Shown in pieces: positions 1 to 11,921 of a stretch of 64,000 bases of DNA. The stretch's first letter is position 1, and each line of letters starts with the position of its first letter. Location: NCBI RefSeq assembly GCF_022045235.1, contig NW_027266297.1, positions 73,222,001 through 73,286,000 of the forward strand. The letters are read 5' to 3'. The position numbers were made by a program, and so were the translations under genes. This DNA is from Haliotis cracherodii (Eukaryota). The notes below the pieces were generated by a model. The model made no database searches and had not been told where the DNA came from. It worked only from the letters and a program-made list of their open reading frames with translations.

Positions 1-192
1 TGTGTGTGTGTCTTCCCATCATGTAGTGTGTTCACTTCATTATGTGGCCTCTTCCTGATGTGTGCCCCCCTCTTGATGTGTCTCTCTGTTTTGATATGTG
101 TATTCCTGTTGATGCGTGGTTATTCTCTGTCGTTTCCTCTTGATAATAGTTCTCTTCTTGATAAATGTTCGCTTCTTGAGAAGCGTCTTCTC

Positions 193-1012
193 TTGATGCG
201 TGTCTTCCTCCTGGTGTATGTCTCCCTAGTGTCCTGTGTCGTCTGCTTGATGTGTGTCTTCCTCCTGGTGTATGTCTCCCTAGTGTCATGTGTCGTCTGC
301 TTGATGTGTGTCTTCCTCCTGGTGTATGTCTCCCTAGTGTCATGTGTCGTCTGCTTGATGTGTGTCTTCCTCCTGGTGTATGTCTCCCTAGTGTCCTGTG
401 TCGTCTGCTTGATGTGTGTCTTCCTCCTGGTGTATGTCTCCCTAGTGTCATGTGTCGTCTGCTTGAAGTGTGTCTTCCTCCTGGTGTATGTCTCCCTAGT
501 GTCCCGTGTCGTCTGCTTGATGTGTGTCTTCCTCCTGGTGTATGTCTCCCTAGTGTCATGTGTCGTCTGCTTGATGTGTGTCTTCCTCCTGGTGTATGTC
601 TCCCTAGTGTCCTGTGTCGTCTGCTTGATGTGTGTCTTCCTCCTGGTGTATGTCTCCCTAGTGTCTTGTGTCGTCTGCTTAATGTGTGTCTTCCTCCTGG
701 TGTATGTCTCCCTAGTGTCTTGTGTCGTCTGCTTGATGTGTGTCCTCCTCCTGGTGTATGTCTCCCTAGTGTCTTGTGTTGTCTGCTTGAAGTGTGTCTT
801 CCTCCTGGTGTATGTCTCCCTAGTGTCATGTGTCGTCTGCTTGATGTGTGTCTTCCTCCTGGTGTATGTCTCCCTAGTGTCATGTGTTGTCTGCTTGATG
901 TGTGTCTTCCTCCTTGTGTATGTCTCCCTAGTGTCCTGTGTCGTCTGCTTGATGTGTGTCTTTCTCCTGGTGTATGTCTCCCTAGTGTCATGTGTCGTCT
1001 GCTTGATGTGTG
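193..1012. repeat. 54-bp minisatellite (~15 copies), degenerate copies extend to ~1 and ~1500
   Basis: Unit TTGATGTGTGTCTTCCTCCTGGTGTATGTCTCCCTAGTGTCATGTGTCGTCTGC; gives the 18-aa periodic ORFs in the track. Confidence 0.95.
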
Positions 1013-1694
1013 ACTTTTCTCTGGCGTTGACGTTTTATATTTTCACATAATGTGTGTCCTCCTCTTGGTGTGTGTCTTCTTCTTGATGTGTATTCTAGTC
1101 TTGTTGTGTGTCCTCTCCTTGATGTGCGTCTATCTTTTAATGTTTGTCCTGTTGATATGTGTCCTCTTCTTGAAGCGTGTCTTCCTCTTGATATGTGTGG
1201 CTCTTCTTCGTGTTGAGTGTCTCCATGTTGATGTGTAGTTATTCTGACATTTCCTGTTATGTTCTCTTCTTGATGTATGATATATATCTTCCTAGTTTAT
1301 CTGTGCCCCCTCTCTTGGTGTATTTCTTCCTCTGGGGTGTCTTCCTCTTGATATGTGTGGTTCTTCTTCGTGTTGAGTGTCTCTCTGTTGATGTGTAGTT
1401 ATTCTGAAAAATTCTTAATATATGATATATATCTTCCTAGTGCCCCCTCTCCTGGTGTATGTCTTCCCCGTGTCCTGTGTCGTCTGCTTGATGTGTGTCC
1501 TCATCCAAACCCCAATCAAGGGACGCAACTCCTTCGACCTATAGTCTGAGATCTGTAGAGTGAGATCTCTCGCAGCCTTCATGCATGAATCCCTGGTCCT
1601 CTTTATTTAACTTGTGTTCAAATCCCAAACTTTACTATAAAGCGACCACACCAGTGGACACCATATATGTATCCAAATCATCTTCCCTCCACAG

Positions 1695-1916
1695 CTTTCT
1701 GCCGAATACCCTCCCTCGGCAACGGCACAGTTCACAACGTCACCGTTGGCTCTTATGTGCCCATCACGTTCAAGATCCATGTGACCTGCAACGTTGGTTT
1801 CAGGCTTACGAAAGGCATAACAACACACCATTCAGAACACGACATTCCACTGCATCCCGATGAGAACATGTGCTTGTCGACCGGCAAGTGGGCAGAAGAA
1901 TATATGTGTCAGTGGG
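1695..1916 (+). CDS. Internal exon encoding a Sushi/CCP (SCR) domain; gene A, upstream exons not identified
   Basis: Acceptor tcttccctccacag|, donor G|gtaag, symmetric phase 1-1. FCRIPSLGNGTV...VTCNVGFRL..G...CLSTGKW....C has the four-Cys/Trp Sushi pattern. Confidence 0.8.
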
Positions 1917-2895
1917 GTAAGGTGGTCGACCTCGGTTCTGTTGTGTACAGACAGTGTATTCGTATTAGAACAAAAGCGACAAAACCCTTTCCATATACAT
2001 AAGAAATCAGAGTCGATTATAGGACTTGGACTATATCATGACCATGTGTTTATTATTCAATGTCAAATAATGATGGTACTAGGTGTTCGCGGAGAAGACA
2101 CCACATGGTCCGGTCTATAGAAGACGTTGTTTATACAACACGCATGCAGTTTGATTGGCTCATTGCAAGGTCGCATATACAAATGTACGTTTAACCTCAA
2201 TTGTGTAGATGGCCATACCACCTCCCCACCCCCCACCACCACCCCAAAAAAATACAATTTTTTTTAACAAAAATACAAAAATACAATTTTTTTATAGGAT
2301 AGTATGATATATTCCTTGAATCCTCTTTTGGACTTTTCAAGTATTTTTATGGCAGAATCTACCATAAAAAACATTAAATTGTAAACATTTAACTCTCTAT
2401 TCCCATTATTCACTAAGTGGACCAGTTAGGTAGACTATTTGCAATGTTCAGACCGGAGTGTATTGACACTATGATGAAAAGCCGTTACTGGAACGACATG
2501 ATGAGGACTATATGTAGCTATGGTAATGTTATATATTGGACAGGATGGAAATATTGTCCAACGTTTGGTACTGTCCAGGGGGACTGAATGTAACCTCTTC
2601 AGTTGGGCATTTTGTCACACCACAATAGTATTCTGTATTACGAACTGACACTGTCAGAGTCAATATCACAAGAAGAGATGTTATAGTTGTCCTCTAACAG
2701 TATCAATAGTATTATAGTATACATGTATCGATTTTAAAGATGCCGAGGTTTTACTTGTTAATTTTACTCTTTTTGGTTACTAGTTACTAGTTCTACTAGG
2801 GGCCCTGTTGTGCCCCAAAGGTACTAATAATTGATAGCCAGGGTTTTAGTTCTGATATCATTGTTAATGATACCTCTTTACTGTGCGTTTTCCAG

Positions 2896-3117
2896 ACATG
2901 CCCTACAAAATACATGGAACCTTTTCTCGTGGAATCGTCAAGTTCTACGTCACCTCTAAATTTTTGGTTCCCCCGGGGATACGGACTCTGGACGTGATCT
3001 GCATTGGGGGTGGGGGAGGAGGGTTCTCACGGGGGAGGCCTGGAGGGGACGGAGGGACATCAATATTCGCTGGTCGCCTGGAAGCATTCGGAGGAGGAGG
3101 CGGATCAGGTCGGCATG
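2896..3117 (+). CDS. Gene A exon: N-terminal half of glycine-rich (polyglycine) domain
   Basis: Acceptor gcgttttccag|, donor G|gtgag, phase 1-1 compatible with the Sushi exon; FLVPPGIRTLDVICIGGGGGG...GGDGGTSIFAGRLEAFGGGGG. Confidence 0.8.
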
Positions 3118-3571
3118 GTGAGACAGTGTGTATGACGTCATACCTCGTCACCATAGCTTATAAATGGACTAAATGATAACACAACACTCGGACATATTGA
3201 TACAAATTAAGTTTCGATCAGAGATACATGTACATATCCTTGCGGCCGCGCATGTACATGACAGTGCCAGTTCAGCAAACTTTGACTTTTCTCCTTTTTT
3301 TACGTTCTCTTCGTAATTTAGTTGTTGAAACGCATACCCATGACAAAAAAATGAAAATCAATTTATACATGTTAGTGTAGACTAAGTGAATTTGATCTTG
3401 AGAAATCAGGAATTTGTGTGCAAACTGGTAAATTATCGTTGACAAAAGAATATTTGTAGACATCTGTGAATGTGGTTGTTAGCATGAGCAACATCCCGCA
3501 TCGTTGTAGGAGTATTTAAGACAGGCTGACTCACAAACGTTACTCAGTGTAATCGTCTAACGTCTAATGTC

Positions 3572-3736
3572 AGTTGGTGCTGTTTGGTAGCCAAGTGGTT
3601 AAAGCGTTCGTCGTCACGCCGAAGACCCGGGTTCGAATCCCCACATGGGTACATAGTGTGAAGCCCATTTCTGGTGTCCCCCGCCGTGATATTGTTGGAA
3701 TATTATTAAAAGCGGCGTAAAACCATACTCACTCAC
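3572..3736 (+). mobile_element. tRNA-derived SINE (family A) in gene A intron
   Basis: A-box TAGCCAAGTGG, B-box GGTTCGAATCC, (ACTC)n tail, TSD TCTAATGTC; matches copy at 23313. Confidence 0.9.
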
Positions 3737-3939
3737 TCTAATGTCTGGTTTTACAGGGTAATATAGACCTATTCTACCTTTCGCGAGAAAATGTCCTTAC
3801 TTTTCAATTTGACCATTTGTATCATGTTGGACATGCAAAAGTCTGGTACTTTAGTGTCTTCTCATTAAAATTGTACGAGGACATTCTCAGTTAATGGCAA
3901 TTAAGGCCTGTAATGTAAGTGACATGGTTTGTTTCCCAG

Positions 3940-4499
3940 GCGGCACAGGCGGTTGGGGATATAGCCACAATGGTGGTCGAGGCGGGGACAATGGCACATG
4001 CTGGTTCGGCGGAGCGACTGGACAAATTGAGAGATATCCATTTGCCTGCGTCATCGGATCTACAGACTGCCCCTTCTGTGGCGCCGGGGGCTACGGCAAC
4101 ACCACGGACTGCGTGGCAACTAACTGTACGGTGCTCTCGGGGGCGTGTTCTGGGCCTTGGGCCATCACCCGGACAAGTCTGAGCGGGTCGGACTATGGCG
4201 GGGGTGCTGGGAGTCTGGCAGGGGGGAGCGGCGGGGCAGCGGGGTATTCCAGGAGACGCTGGATGCACGTGAAGCCAGAAGAGATTGTGAATGTGACGGT
4301 CGGTGCGGGTGGCCACCCGTCGTCAGCCTCCCCTGGGGACGGGATTGTTGTGGTGGCGTGGGGAGATAAAATAGAAAACTTTCATCCGTCAGATGAGGAA
4401 TGGAAACGAAGGTCGTGTCATTATCTGAATCCTCGTTGTTCGTGCGTTTTGAGAACCATGAACACCTACCGACTTGCTAAACCCAATAGATACTTGTAA
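3940..4499 (+). CDS. Gene A exon: C-terminal half of glycine-rich domain with Cys-rich insert (3' end uncertain; possible donor near 4411)
   Basis: Acceptor ggtttgtttcccag|, phase 1; ...GGGAG..GGSGGAAGYSRRRWMHVKPEEIVNVTVGAGG...GDGIVVVAW; ORF stop at 4499. Confidence 0.75.
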
Positions 4500-4710
4500 T
4501 CATGTAGCAGTGTCATTGTTATAACAAGGGTTTGAGCTATGTTTATCGCGTTGTGACGTCTTGTATATTTGTAACCACCACTCTGTTATCTGTACTTTAA
4601 GTCTGAGAAAGCAGATGGACGGGGCGTTTATCTGCACCTACTATAATCTGCTGATTTTGAAGGTCAAGGTCAGTGATCAAGGTCAGGGACGTTACCTCAA
4701 TCTGAGACAT

Positions 4711-4834
4711 TTTAATACCCTTGTTAGATCCTTTAATACCCTTGTTAGATCCTTTAATACATTTGTTAGATCATTTAACACCCTTCGTAGATTCTTTAAT
4801 ACCCTTGTTAGATCCTTAAATACATTTGTTAGAT
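4711..4834. repeat. 21-bp minisatellite (~6 copies)
   Basis: Unit TTTAATACCCTTGTTAGATCC. Confidence 0.85.
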
Positions 4835-5084
4835 CATAGAGAGCATGGATGGGCCCAGTTGTCTAAGCCTGTTCAAGGCTGCCAGTTTTTGATGGTCAAG
4901 GGTTTGAGTCGTGCGAAGTATGTATGTTTCCTGGTTTGTCAGCGCCAAACCTCTGTTGGCAAACATCTTCCGCCAAATGTAGGCTCTCCTTCCTTGCTTT
5001 TGCGTCCTGCTATGTATATATCAACTTAATATAGCTTCGATTGCACCAACGGCAAAACGGAAACACGCGTTTTTCTATTGTTGT

Positions 5085-5240
5085 TGTTTGTTTGTTTGTT
5101 TAACGCCGCACTCAGCAATATTCAAGCTATATAACGGATGTCTGTAAATGATCGAGTCTGGACCAGACAATCCAGTTCTTGATATCATAAGTATCGATCC
5201 GCGCAATTGGGATACAATGACATGCATCAACATCAAGTCA
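5085..5240 (-). mobile_element. SINE-like family B, 5'-truncated copy
   Basis: Reverse complement of the 3' part of 16876-17110 including (AAAC)n tail. Confidence 0.75.
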
Positions 5241-5244
5241 ACAT

Positions 5245-5465
5245 TATTCCAGTTAAATCACGGCGTGTCAGCTTAATGTGGGAGGAAAGCACGAAGTGAT
5301 GCAGGCCTCAGACGTTCGATAAAAACCCACGAGCACGTGTGTGGTGCTGACATATCTAGAACCATAATCGGGGCGAATCGGGAATAGAACTCACAATCAT
5401 AGGTTTTTGGCGTGCCCAAGGGACACAACCCTGCACAGCGAATCATCCCACCTTAGGCGACTGGA
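5245..5465 (-). mobile_element. SINE family C, diverged copy
   Basis: Collinear with 43856-44142 (cacggcgtgtcagcttaatgtgggaggaaagc...ggcgtgcccaaggga). Confidence 0.75.
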
Positions 5466-7184
5466 TAGAGTTGAGAGCTGATGCAGGCACGTGCAGTCTG
5501 TCCAGCATCGCAGCCGGAGAATTTTATATATACCTCAATAAACACAAAACAACAAAAGTCACTTCAATCACAATCATCCAGTCACAACTAGTTACACTTA
5601 AGTGTAATGGATACAATGCCCTTCCCTGTAAGAGGCAACATTCTGTGGTTCAGTCAGATAAAGAAATCGAGTAATTCAATGAAAATTGTGTACACTCACC
5701 GCTTTTACGATTATACCTCAATAAACGCAAACTATCTGAAGTCAATTCTTATTTAGATTCCAATATAAATTTTGATTTTGATTACCTTTTACATAATTGA
5801 AATATTGTTGATGTTAATTTATCATCCAAAACTGACTCCCACAGAAGATATCACTTGGCTGGGATCAAGCGATTTATTACCCACCTGGTGAAGATACAGG
5901 TGGTAAGATACTAAATCCGTACGTCACACGTGTGTCGTACAAGGTTGACCTCGTTTAATTCGATTTGATTGGATAACCGTGACCTCTGTGACACCGGGAC
6001 TACTTTTTCCATTCATAAAAAAATTACGAGACGTCATTCATTTTGCAACTACAGGGCAGAACTGAAGCAATCTTATAAAAGCGAGAGATATTTACAAACA
6101 CTTTTTCAAACCAAAACAAGACAGTCACATGCATCAAATTCGGTTTGCATTCTATATCAGTTATTCATAGAGCTTCTACAAACATTATATTATCGAGCTG
6201 TATCCCTTTACAATATACGATCTTCTATCGAGGGTTCCCATGAGCGTGACGCAACTGACCACTTTCGCAACTTTCAATTTGATTTAACCTAAAAAGATAA
6301 GCCTGGTGAAATGAAGTCAGTTTAGACTTATCTCGACAGATATCTGGACTTACTTGGGATGCTCCGGTTGTGCCATCAGTGTCCTCTTTGAAGCGTACTT
6401 TTTGGCACGAGTTGTTTGGTCACGACTGCCCGACCAGATCACTAAAAGTGAACTTTTCCGATACAAATCATTCGAAAACTCCCTAGAAGGGTGTCTGACT
6501 TCTTCTGATTATGTGGCCCAAAACATCCCAAATGTGAAAAATATCATTCGCTATTTCTAGCGTAAAAGCAGTTAGTAGATCACGGTTGTCTTTTCTTATT
6601 TCGGTGGTGACCTTGCTCTTTGTTCGAAGCTGTCACTGACATGCAAGCGGATTTGAGTGTTGAGTTTCACGTCTACAGGGTGGAACAGTTAACATGAATG
6701 TCTTTGGCGAACACTCTAATTTCTCTCTTCCAAAATGAATATAAATTCAGCTGATTGATCAAGGAAACCGAACCATTTTAATTGCACAGCGAGTGTCCCA
6801 CTGTTGGTCCGATATTCAAGCGCGGCCGTTCTGTGACTTTTAAAATTTAAAATATTTCGCTTTCGCTCGGTCAGATAACATAGAAAGTCCACTCGTTTCG
6901 TAAAAATGGTATCTGACGAGAATGAGTGAAGTATTCTCTCTATATACATTGTAGATATCGCTGTAATGAAATTGCATCACAATGCTTTGCAGACATGACG
7001 TCACAATCAAATGACATCACTATGGCTCTGCTGCTGAAGCTGTTAGCAGTATTTTTTACACTGAAGACATTGCTTATTACTGTCTGCAAACTGAAAAAAT
7101 TGAAAGAATGATGTTGGATGATAAATAGAATCTCACCCTTGTGTCTTCTGATATCAAATATACACATACAAACACATACAAGTC

Positions 7185-7412
7185 AGTTGTTCAGCTGAAA
7201 AAAAAACATGGGAACATATGGTACAAGTCAAAATAGGGAATTGCAGTGGACATATTTTTTGTCACTGATGCGTCAAATTTGGAAATGTCTTCAACATGTC
7301 TACTATAAAATGTTTTGAAAGCTTTACTGACAACTTGAATGTTGTAACCTTGATCAAACAACTTCCGAGCAAAAGTCGTATGACGCTCTTTGAAATCTTG
7401 GTAGAAAGACAC
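7185..7412 (-). mobile_element. Penelope-like retroelement fragment (C-terminal to RT)
   Basis: YQDFKERHTTFARKLFDQGY...AFKTFYSRHVEDISKF resembles the YxDFxxRxxxLxxKLxxQGY...FxKFYxRH motif of PLE ORFs. Confidence 0.6.
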
Positions 7413-7418
7413 TGCTTA

Positions 7419-10400
7419 TAGCCCATGAGCCAGACCAGATATTGGTACCATCTGGGGTGGCAAAATCTCAGTATGATTTTTTTAAAGTCATATATCCATA
7501 GATGAAAAGAAATATTTGAAAGCAATCCAGAAATCACAGCTTAGTGGTAGTAATCACCACATAAAGGGGGACTCCTGAGTCGAATCCACGGAACTAGATT
7601 TCGGGCTAGGGGAAACCAGAAAGTGAAATAACTTTACAAGCAATAGTCATATGGTGAAGTATGACCACTCACAATGTTGGTAACCTGATGCTCTACATGT
7701 TGGTATGTAACATAGGACTAAGATGGTAACCAGAGGTCAAAAGGTCACAAGTTTTGACCTATGCTTAAAATATTACTACCTACAAGAAAATATATTGTAG
7801 ATGCCACACCAATAGGACTTTCTTAACCCAATTGGGATATGATCGAAGCCAAGACGTACCTAAGTCTGATAAAAGGAACTTTATTGTCTTTTATGGGGTG
7901 GTACAGAATGGTTTTTGATTTATTTTAAAAGATGTAAAATTGTATAAGTTCACATGAATTTATAACTCTCAACTCCAAATTATAAGGGCTATGTGTGCTA
8001 AATTTCGTCAGAAGTTGTTTTGAAGATACATTGTTCTTTTTGGGGGGCTCACAAGATGAAACAGAAGGTGAAATTGGGGGCAAATTAGTTATGCTTACCG
8101 CAAAAACATAAAATGCAGTTATCTGTTGCATAATGAATATAAATATTTGATAAGATCACACAACTAGACTGTCAAAAACTATTTTTTATCACATTAGTGT
8201 TAGAAACTTAAGTCTTGTTTATTGTAGACCAAAACAAGGGTGGTTGCATATGAGTCTGCTACAATATAGTACACCGCTGCTTACTCATCATCAGGACCAT
8301 CAACATCACTGGCTTCAAATATCAACCTCGACCTTAACTTGCTGATTGCTACATGTCTGTAATTTGCAATGGTATGTTTATATAAGACAGGTACAGCTCT
8401 CCAATTTGAGTATATGTTTGGTCAAGGAAGCACGAAACAGAGGCTGTGGAAGCAGCAGCAGCACTAGATTTAGCTGCTGCCTCTTTCCAAACTTAGTGTA
8501 TAGCAAGAGCGATGGCAATGTCCTTCAGCAGCCACTCCAAACACATTAACTGCTCCCTTTAAAAACGATGGATGAGAGTTATATCCCTTAAAAGGCAGAT
8601 GACACTGATTGGATTCCTTTTTAAGAAAGTTTAGTAATGTGACTTGGAAAACGTGTATTTGATCATTTAAACTTTCCTATATGTTAAGTAGAGTTAAATA
8701 CAATCTCTCAAAAAAAACGCAACCTCAGTCTGAAATTGTGAGAAAGCCCCAAGAAGAAAAATGTTGATTGTAAATACAGTTTTTCTAATATGCACGTATA
8801 CCATGTACATTGTTTATTAACGTAAGCGCCCAAACACACCAATTTTCGTGCACAAGGGCATTTTTTTGTTACTTTTATCATAGTGAGCAAAATTTTCTCG
8901 TGGCCCATGCCAAAAGCCTCATGCGAGTGCAATTCATGGAAAGAGCAGTAGAAGTATGGGTTTATAAAAGCACGTGTTGATTAGCAATTCACTCTATCAT
9001 TTTCACCGAAAGACAAGGTCGAATATGCCACGGTTGAGTGCTGCAGATCGAAATATCGCCATTGGTCCTATTGAGGCCGGACAAAGCTTTGGAAACGTTG
9101 CCCGGCACCTCAATATTCATAAAACAACGATTTCCCGACTTTTGAGCCGATACACCCAGTTTCATGCAACTGAAGATCGCCCCAGAGGTGGTAGGCCAAG
9201 GGTTACCACACCACCTCAGGATCGATTCATCCGGGTCACACACCTACGTAATCGGCTAGCCACACCTACCGTCACTGCAACATTCTAACGTCAACGTGTT
9301 ACCATGGCCCTCCCGATCACCAGACATCAACCCAATCGAACATCTTTGGGATTATCTGGACCGACGAGTACGTGCACGTTCACCGCCGCCGCAGACGTTG
9401 GATGCACTAGCCGTTGCACTGCAGGAGGAGTGGAGAGCAATCCCTCAGGAAAGAATCCGGCGTCTAATCCGTTCTGTTCCTAGGAGGTGCAATGCTGTGA
9501 TCGCAGCTCGTGGCGCTCAATGGAGGTACTGAGAAAGACGCCCCATTGCGTCAAGTCAATCTTAGTGAGAGAACTGTCGAAGTCTGGACTTAAACTTGCA
9601 TAACTGCACTGCCATCATGCCAAATTTCATATTGTTGTCTTCAATAATAAATGTGTTATAATAACTTGAATATTGAGATAAACATCTTGAAACTATAGGG
9701 GTTGCGTTTCTTTTTTGAGAGAGTGTATTAGCAACTGTTTTCCTAGAGAAAAAATCCCTTCTATGCTCACATTATGCTTCTGGCTAACATCCCTGTTATT
9801 GTTCTCATGAGGAGGCCATTGAAAGCGAGCAGTCATTGTCTCAAAATTCAACTTTACTACAAAACATTGAGTTTGTCTTTTATTTTGCAGAATAAAGGTC
9901 CAGATGCTTCCCTTCATATTCTAACTTAAAAGGTTATATTTTGTAATATATTCAGGTTGAAACCAAGCTAGTACCATATGGTACTAGATGGCATTCTTCT
10001 TGGATTAGTGGTAACCAAATTACATCAAAATGTAACTTAACGATCATCTGAATACATATAGGGCATGACTATGAGCAATAGGAGTAGTTTTTTTTGTCAA
10101 AACATAGTGACATATTTCCAACAAGTCCAACTTCATACAAATCTTTATACTTTTAGCGCAAAACGACATTTGTCTTAAAATGCATCAAAAACCGGTCTTT
10201 ACCACACCATAAAAGATGATAAATTTCACTTTTTCAGACTTTTAACAGACTTTTAACAAACTTGAGTACTTCTTGGCTTCATTAATGGCCCATTTGGGTT
10301 AAGAAAATCCCATTGTAGTGGTATCTGCAATATATTTTCTGACAGGTGGTAATATTTTAAGCAGAGGTCAAATTTCGTGACCTTTTGACCTTTGGTGACC

Positions 10401-10725
10401 TACACTTCTACTGCATTTACTATATTACATACCAACATGTAGATCATCAGGTTACCAACATTGTGAGTGGTCATACTTCACCATATGACTATTGCGTTAA
10501 AAGTTATTCCACTTTCTGGTTTCCCCTAGCCCGAAATCTAGTCCCGTGGATTCGACTCTGGGGTCCCCCTTTATGTGGTGATTACGACCACTAAGCTGTG
10601 AGTCCCGGGATTGCTTTCAAGGTTTTTTTCATCTATGGATATATGACTTTAAAAAAATCATACTGAGATTTTGCCACCCCAGGTGGTACCGCTTTATAAA
10701 ATGTTGGGGTCTGGCTCAAGGACTT
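7419..10725 (-). mobile_element. Academ-like DNA transposon, defective, long (~500 bp) TIRs, 3-bp TSD TTA
   Basis: ~7419-7950 is the reverse complement of ~10140-10725. Termini TAGCCCATGAGCCAGACC / GGTCTGGCTCAAGGACTT, TTA on both sides. Minus-strand remnant VAAEGHCHRSCY (~8500-8535) resembles the Academ DLVAAEAxYHxxCY motif. Confidence 0.7.
8701..9725 (+). mobile_element. Internally deleted Tc1-like transposon nested in the Academ-like element
   Basis: TA-flanked TIRs (CAATCTCTCAAAAAAAACGCAACC / GGTTGCGTTTCTTTTTTGAGAGAGTG); HTH N-terminus MPRLS...RGGRPRVTT (from 9025) fused to C-terminus WPSRSPDINPIEHLW...RY; DD core deleted. Confidence 0.9.
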
Positions 10726-11447
10726 TTATTACCGTCTATATACTGAAAATGTTCGAAGAAGGATGTTGGATGATAAATAAGATCTCAACTTCATGTCTTT
10801 TGATATCACATATATCAATACACGTTGATAAAAGTGGAAAATCTCGTAGTTTTAAACTTTTATCGACTCGTGTTCATCTCCAGCCAACAACAGCACGATA
10901 AATGTCATTTGGAACCCATTTTGCAAGATGTATAATTTAAACAAAACAACAATAAACTTAACAATTCATTTGTTATCATGATACTACATCATCAAGTTCC
11001 GATGGAGAATCTATTCGTTATGTACAGTATGAAGTGTATATGTTGGCGAAATTACCCGATTACTCCCGAGCAGACCCGACGCTGCTACTCCCCTGGGCAG
11101 GCCGCTCAATACTGTTTACATTAGGGGCCAGTGAGTCTAAATACAAATGGGCAGTGTTTGTTTACCTCGTCTATTGACTCCCTGTAAGGGAAAACAAACT
11201 GAATAAACGTTCAGCTTCACATATATAAATATGAGATATGAAGCATATATTTCTCACAGGCACTGCAAACTATCGGGCGGTCTCTTGCTACTCGAAATGT
11301 CAACTTGACATTATTACATAACATTTAGGTCAAAGCATCTGCACATGACCCAAATTTGGAAAACCCTCTCGCTCAACAGTGGGCGTACTTGGACATAGAC
11401 TGGTGCTGGTATTTAGCGAGGGTATCCACGGGTTTGAGGGACGCAAA

Positions 11448-11921
11448 ATGTCCGAACAGCCGAATCGGTATTTTGAGGATAAAGACCACGCCGAAGCGTA
11501 TGCTAAATACCGAATACCGTTCACCGCTGCAGTCGTGGATTGTATAGTGCGGTATGTTCAAGATGGCGGCTGCGAGATAAACATGGCGGTGGATATTGGC
11601 TGCGGTACAGGCCACCAGAGCACCACCCCACTTTCCCGCGTCTCCAAGCACGTCATCGGTGTCGACGTCAGTCAGGAACAACTACGACAGACACCATATC
11701 TGAGCAATGTGGAATTCCGAGTCGCGCGAGGTGAAGAAATGGCATGCCTTGAATCCTCTTCCGTGGATGTTGTTTCCGTGGCAACGGCTATACACTGGCT
11801 TGATCTCCCTGCTTTCTACAAGGAGGTAGATCGGGTCCTGAGGCCCAGGGGGTGTTTGGCGGTTTATTGGATGCACAGACAGAAACTTGACAACGAGGAA
11901 GCCCAGACAACCGTGGAGGAG
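11448..11921 (+). CDS. Class I SAM-dependent methyltransferase (Methyltransf_11-type, DDB_G0268948-like), coding exon 1
   Basis: HAEAYAKYR, motif I VDIGCGTG, VIGVDVS, ATAIHWLD...FYKEVDRVLRPRGCLAV; donor GAG|gtgag phase 0. Confidence 0.92.

Noticed and set aside
4-1050. 348-aa, 319-aa and 253-aa overlapping ORFs
   Set aside because: Products of a 54-bp (multiple of 3) stop-poor minisatellite open in several frames on both strands; no domain signal
2452-2522. Extra exon of gene A (PECIDTMMKSRYWNDMMRTICSY)
   Set aside because: The open reading is phase 2 to 1, incompatible with the flanking phase-1 exons
3586-3660. tRNA gene
   Set aside because: tRNA-like head continues into a SINE body and tail with TSD; no complete acceptor stem; multiple dispersed copies
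11140-11260. TATA box and forkhead-like TGTTTAC sites as the methyltransferase promoter
   Set aside because: Plausible position, but short motifs are common in AT-rich DNA and a 5' UTR intron may exist; no TSS evidence
11379-11447. N-terminal extension of the methyltransferase ORF
   Set aside because: Track start is GTG; the first ATG in good context is 11448 and family similarity begins there. Read-through past 11921 is intron
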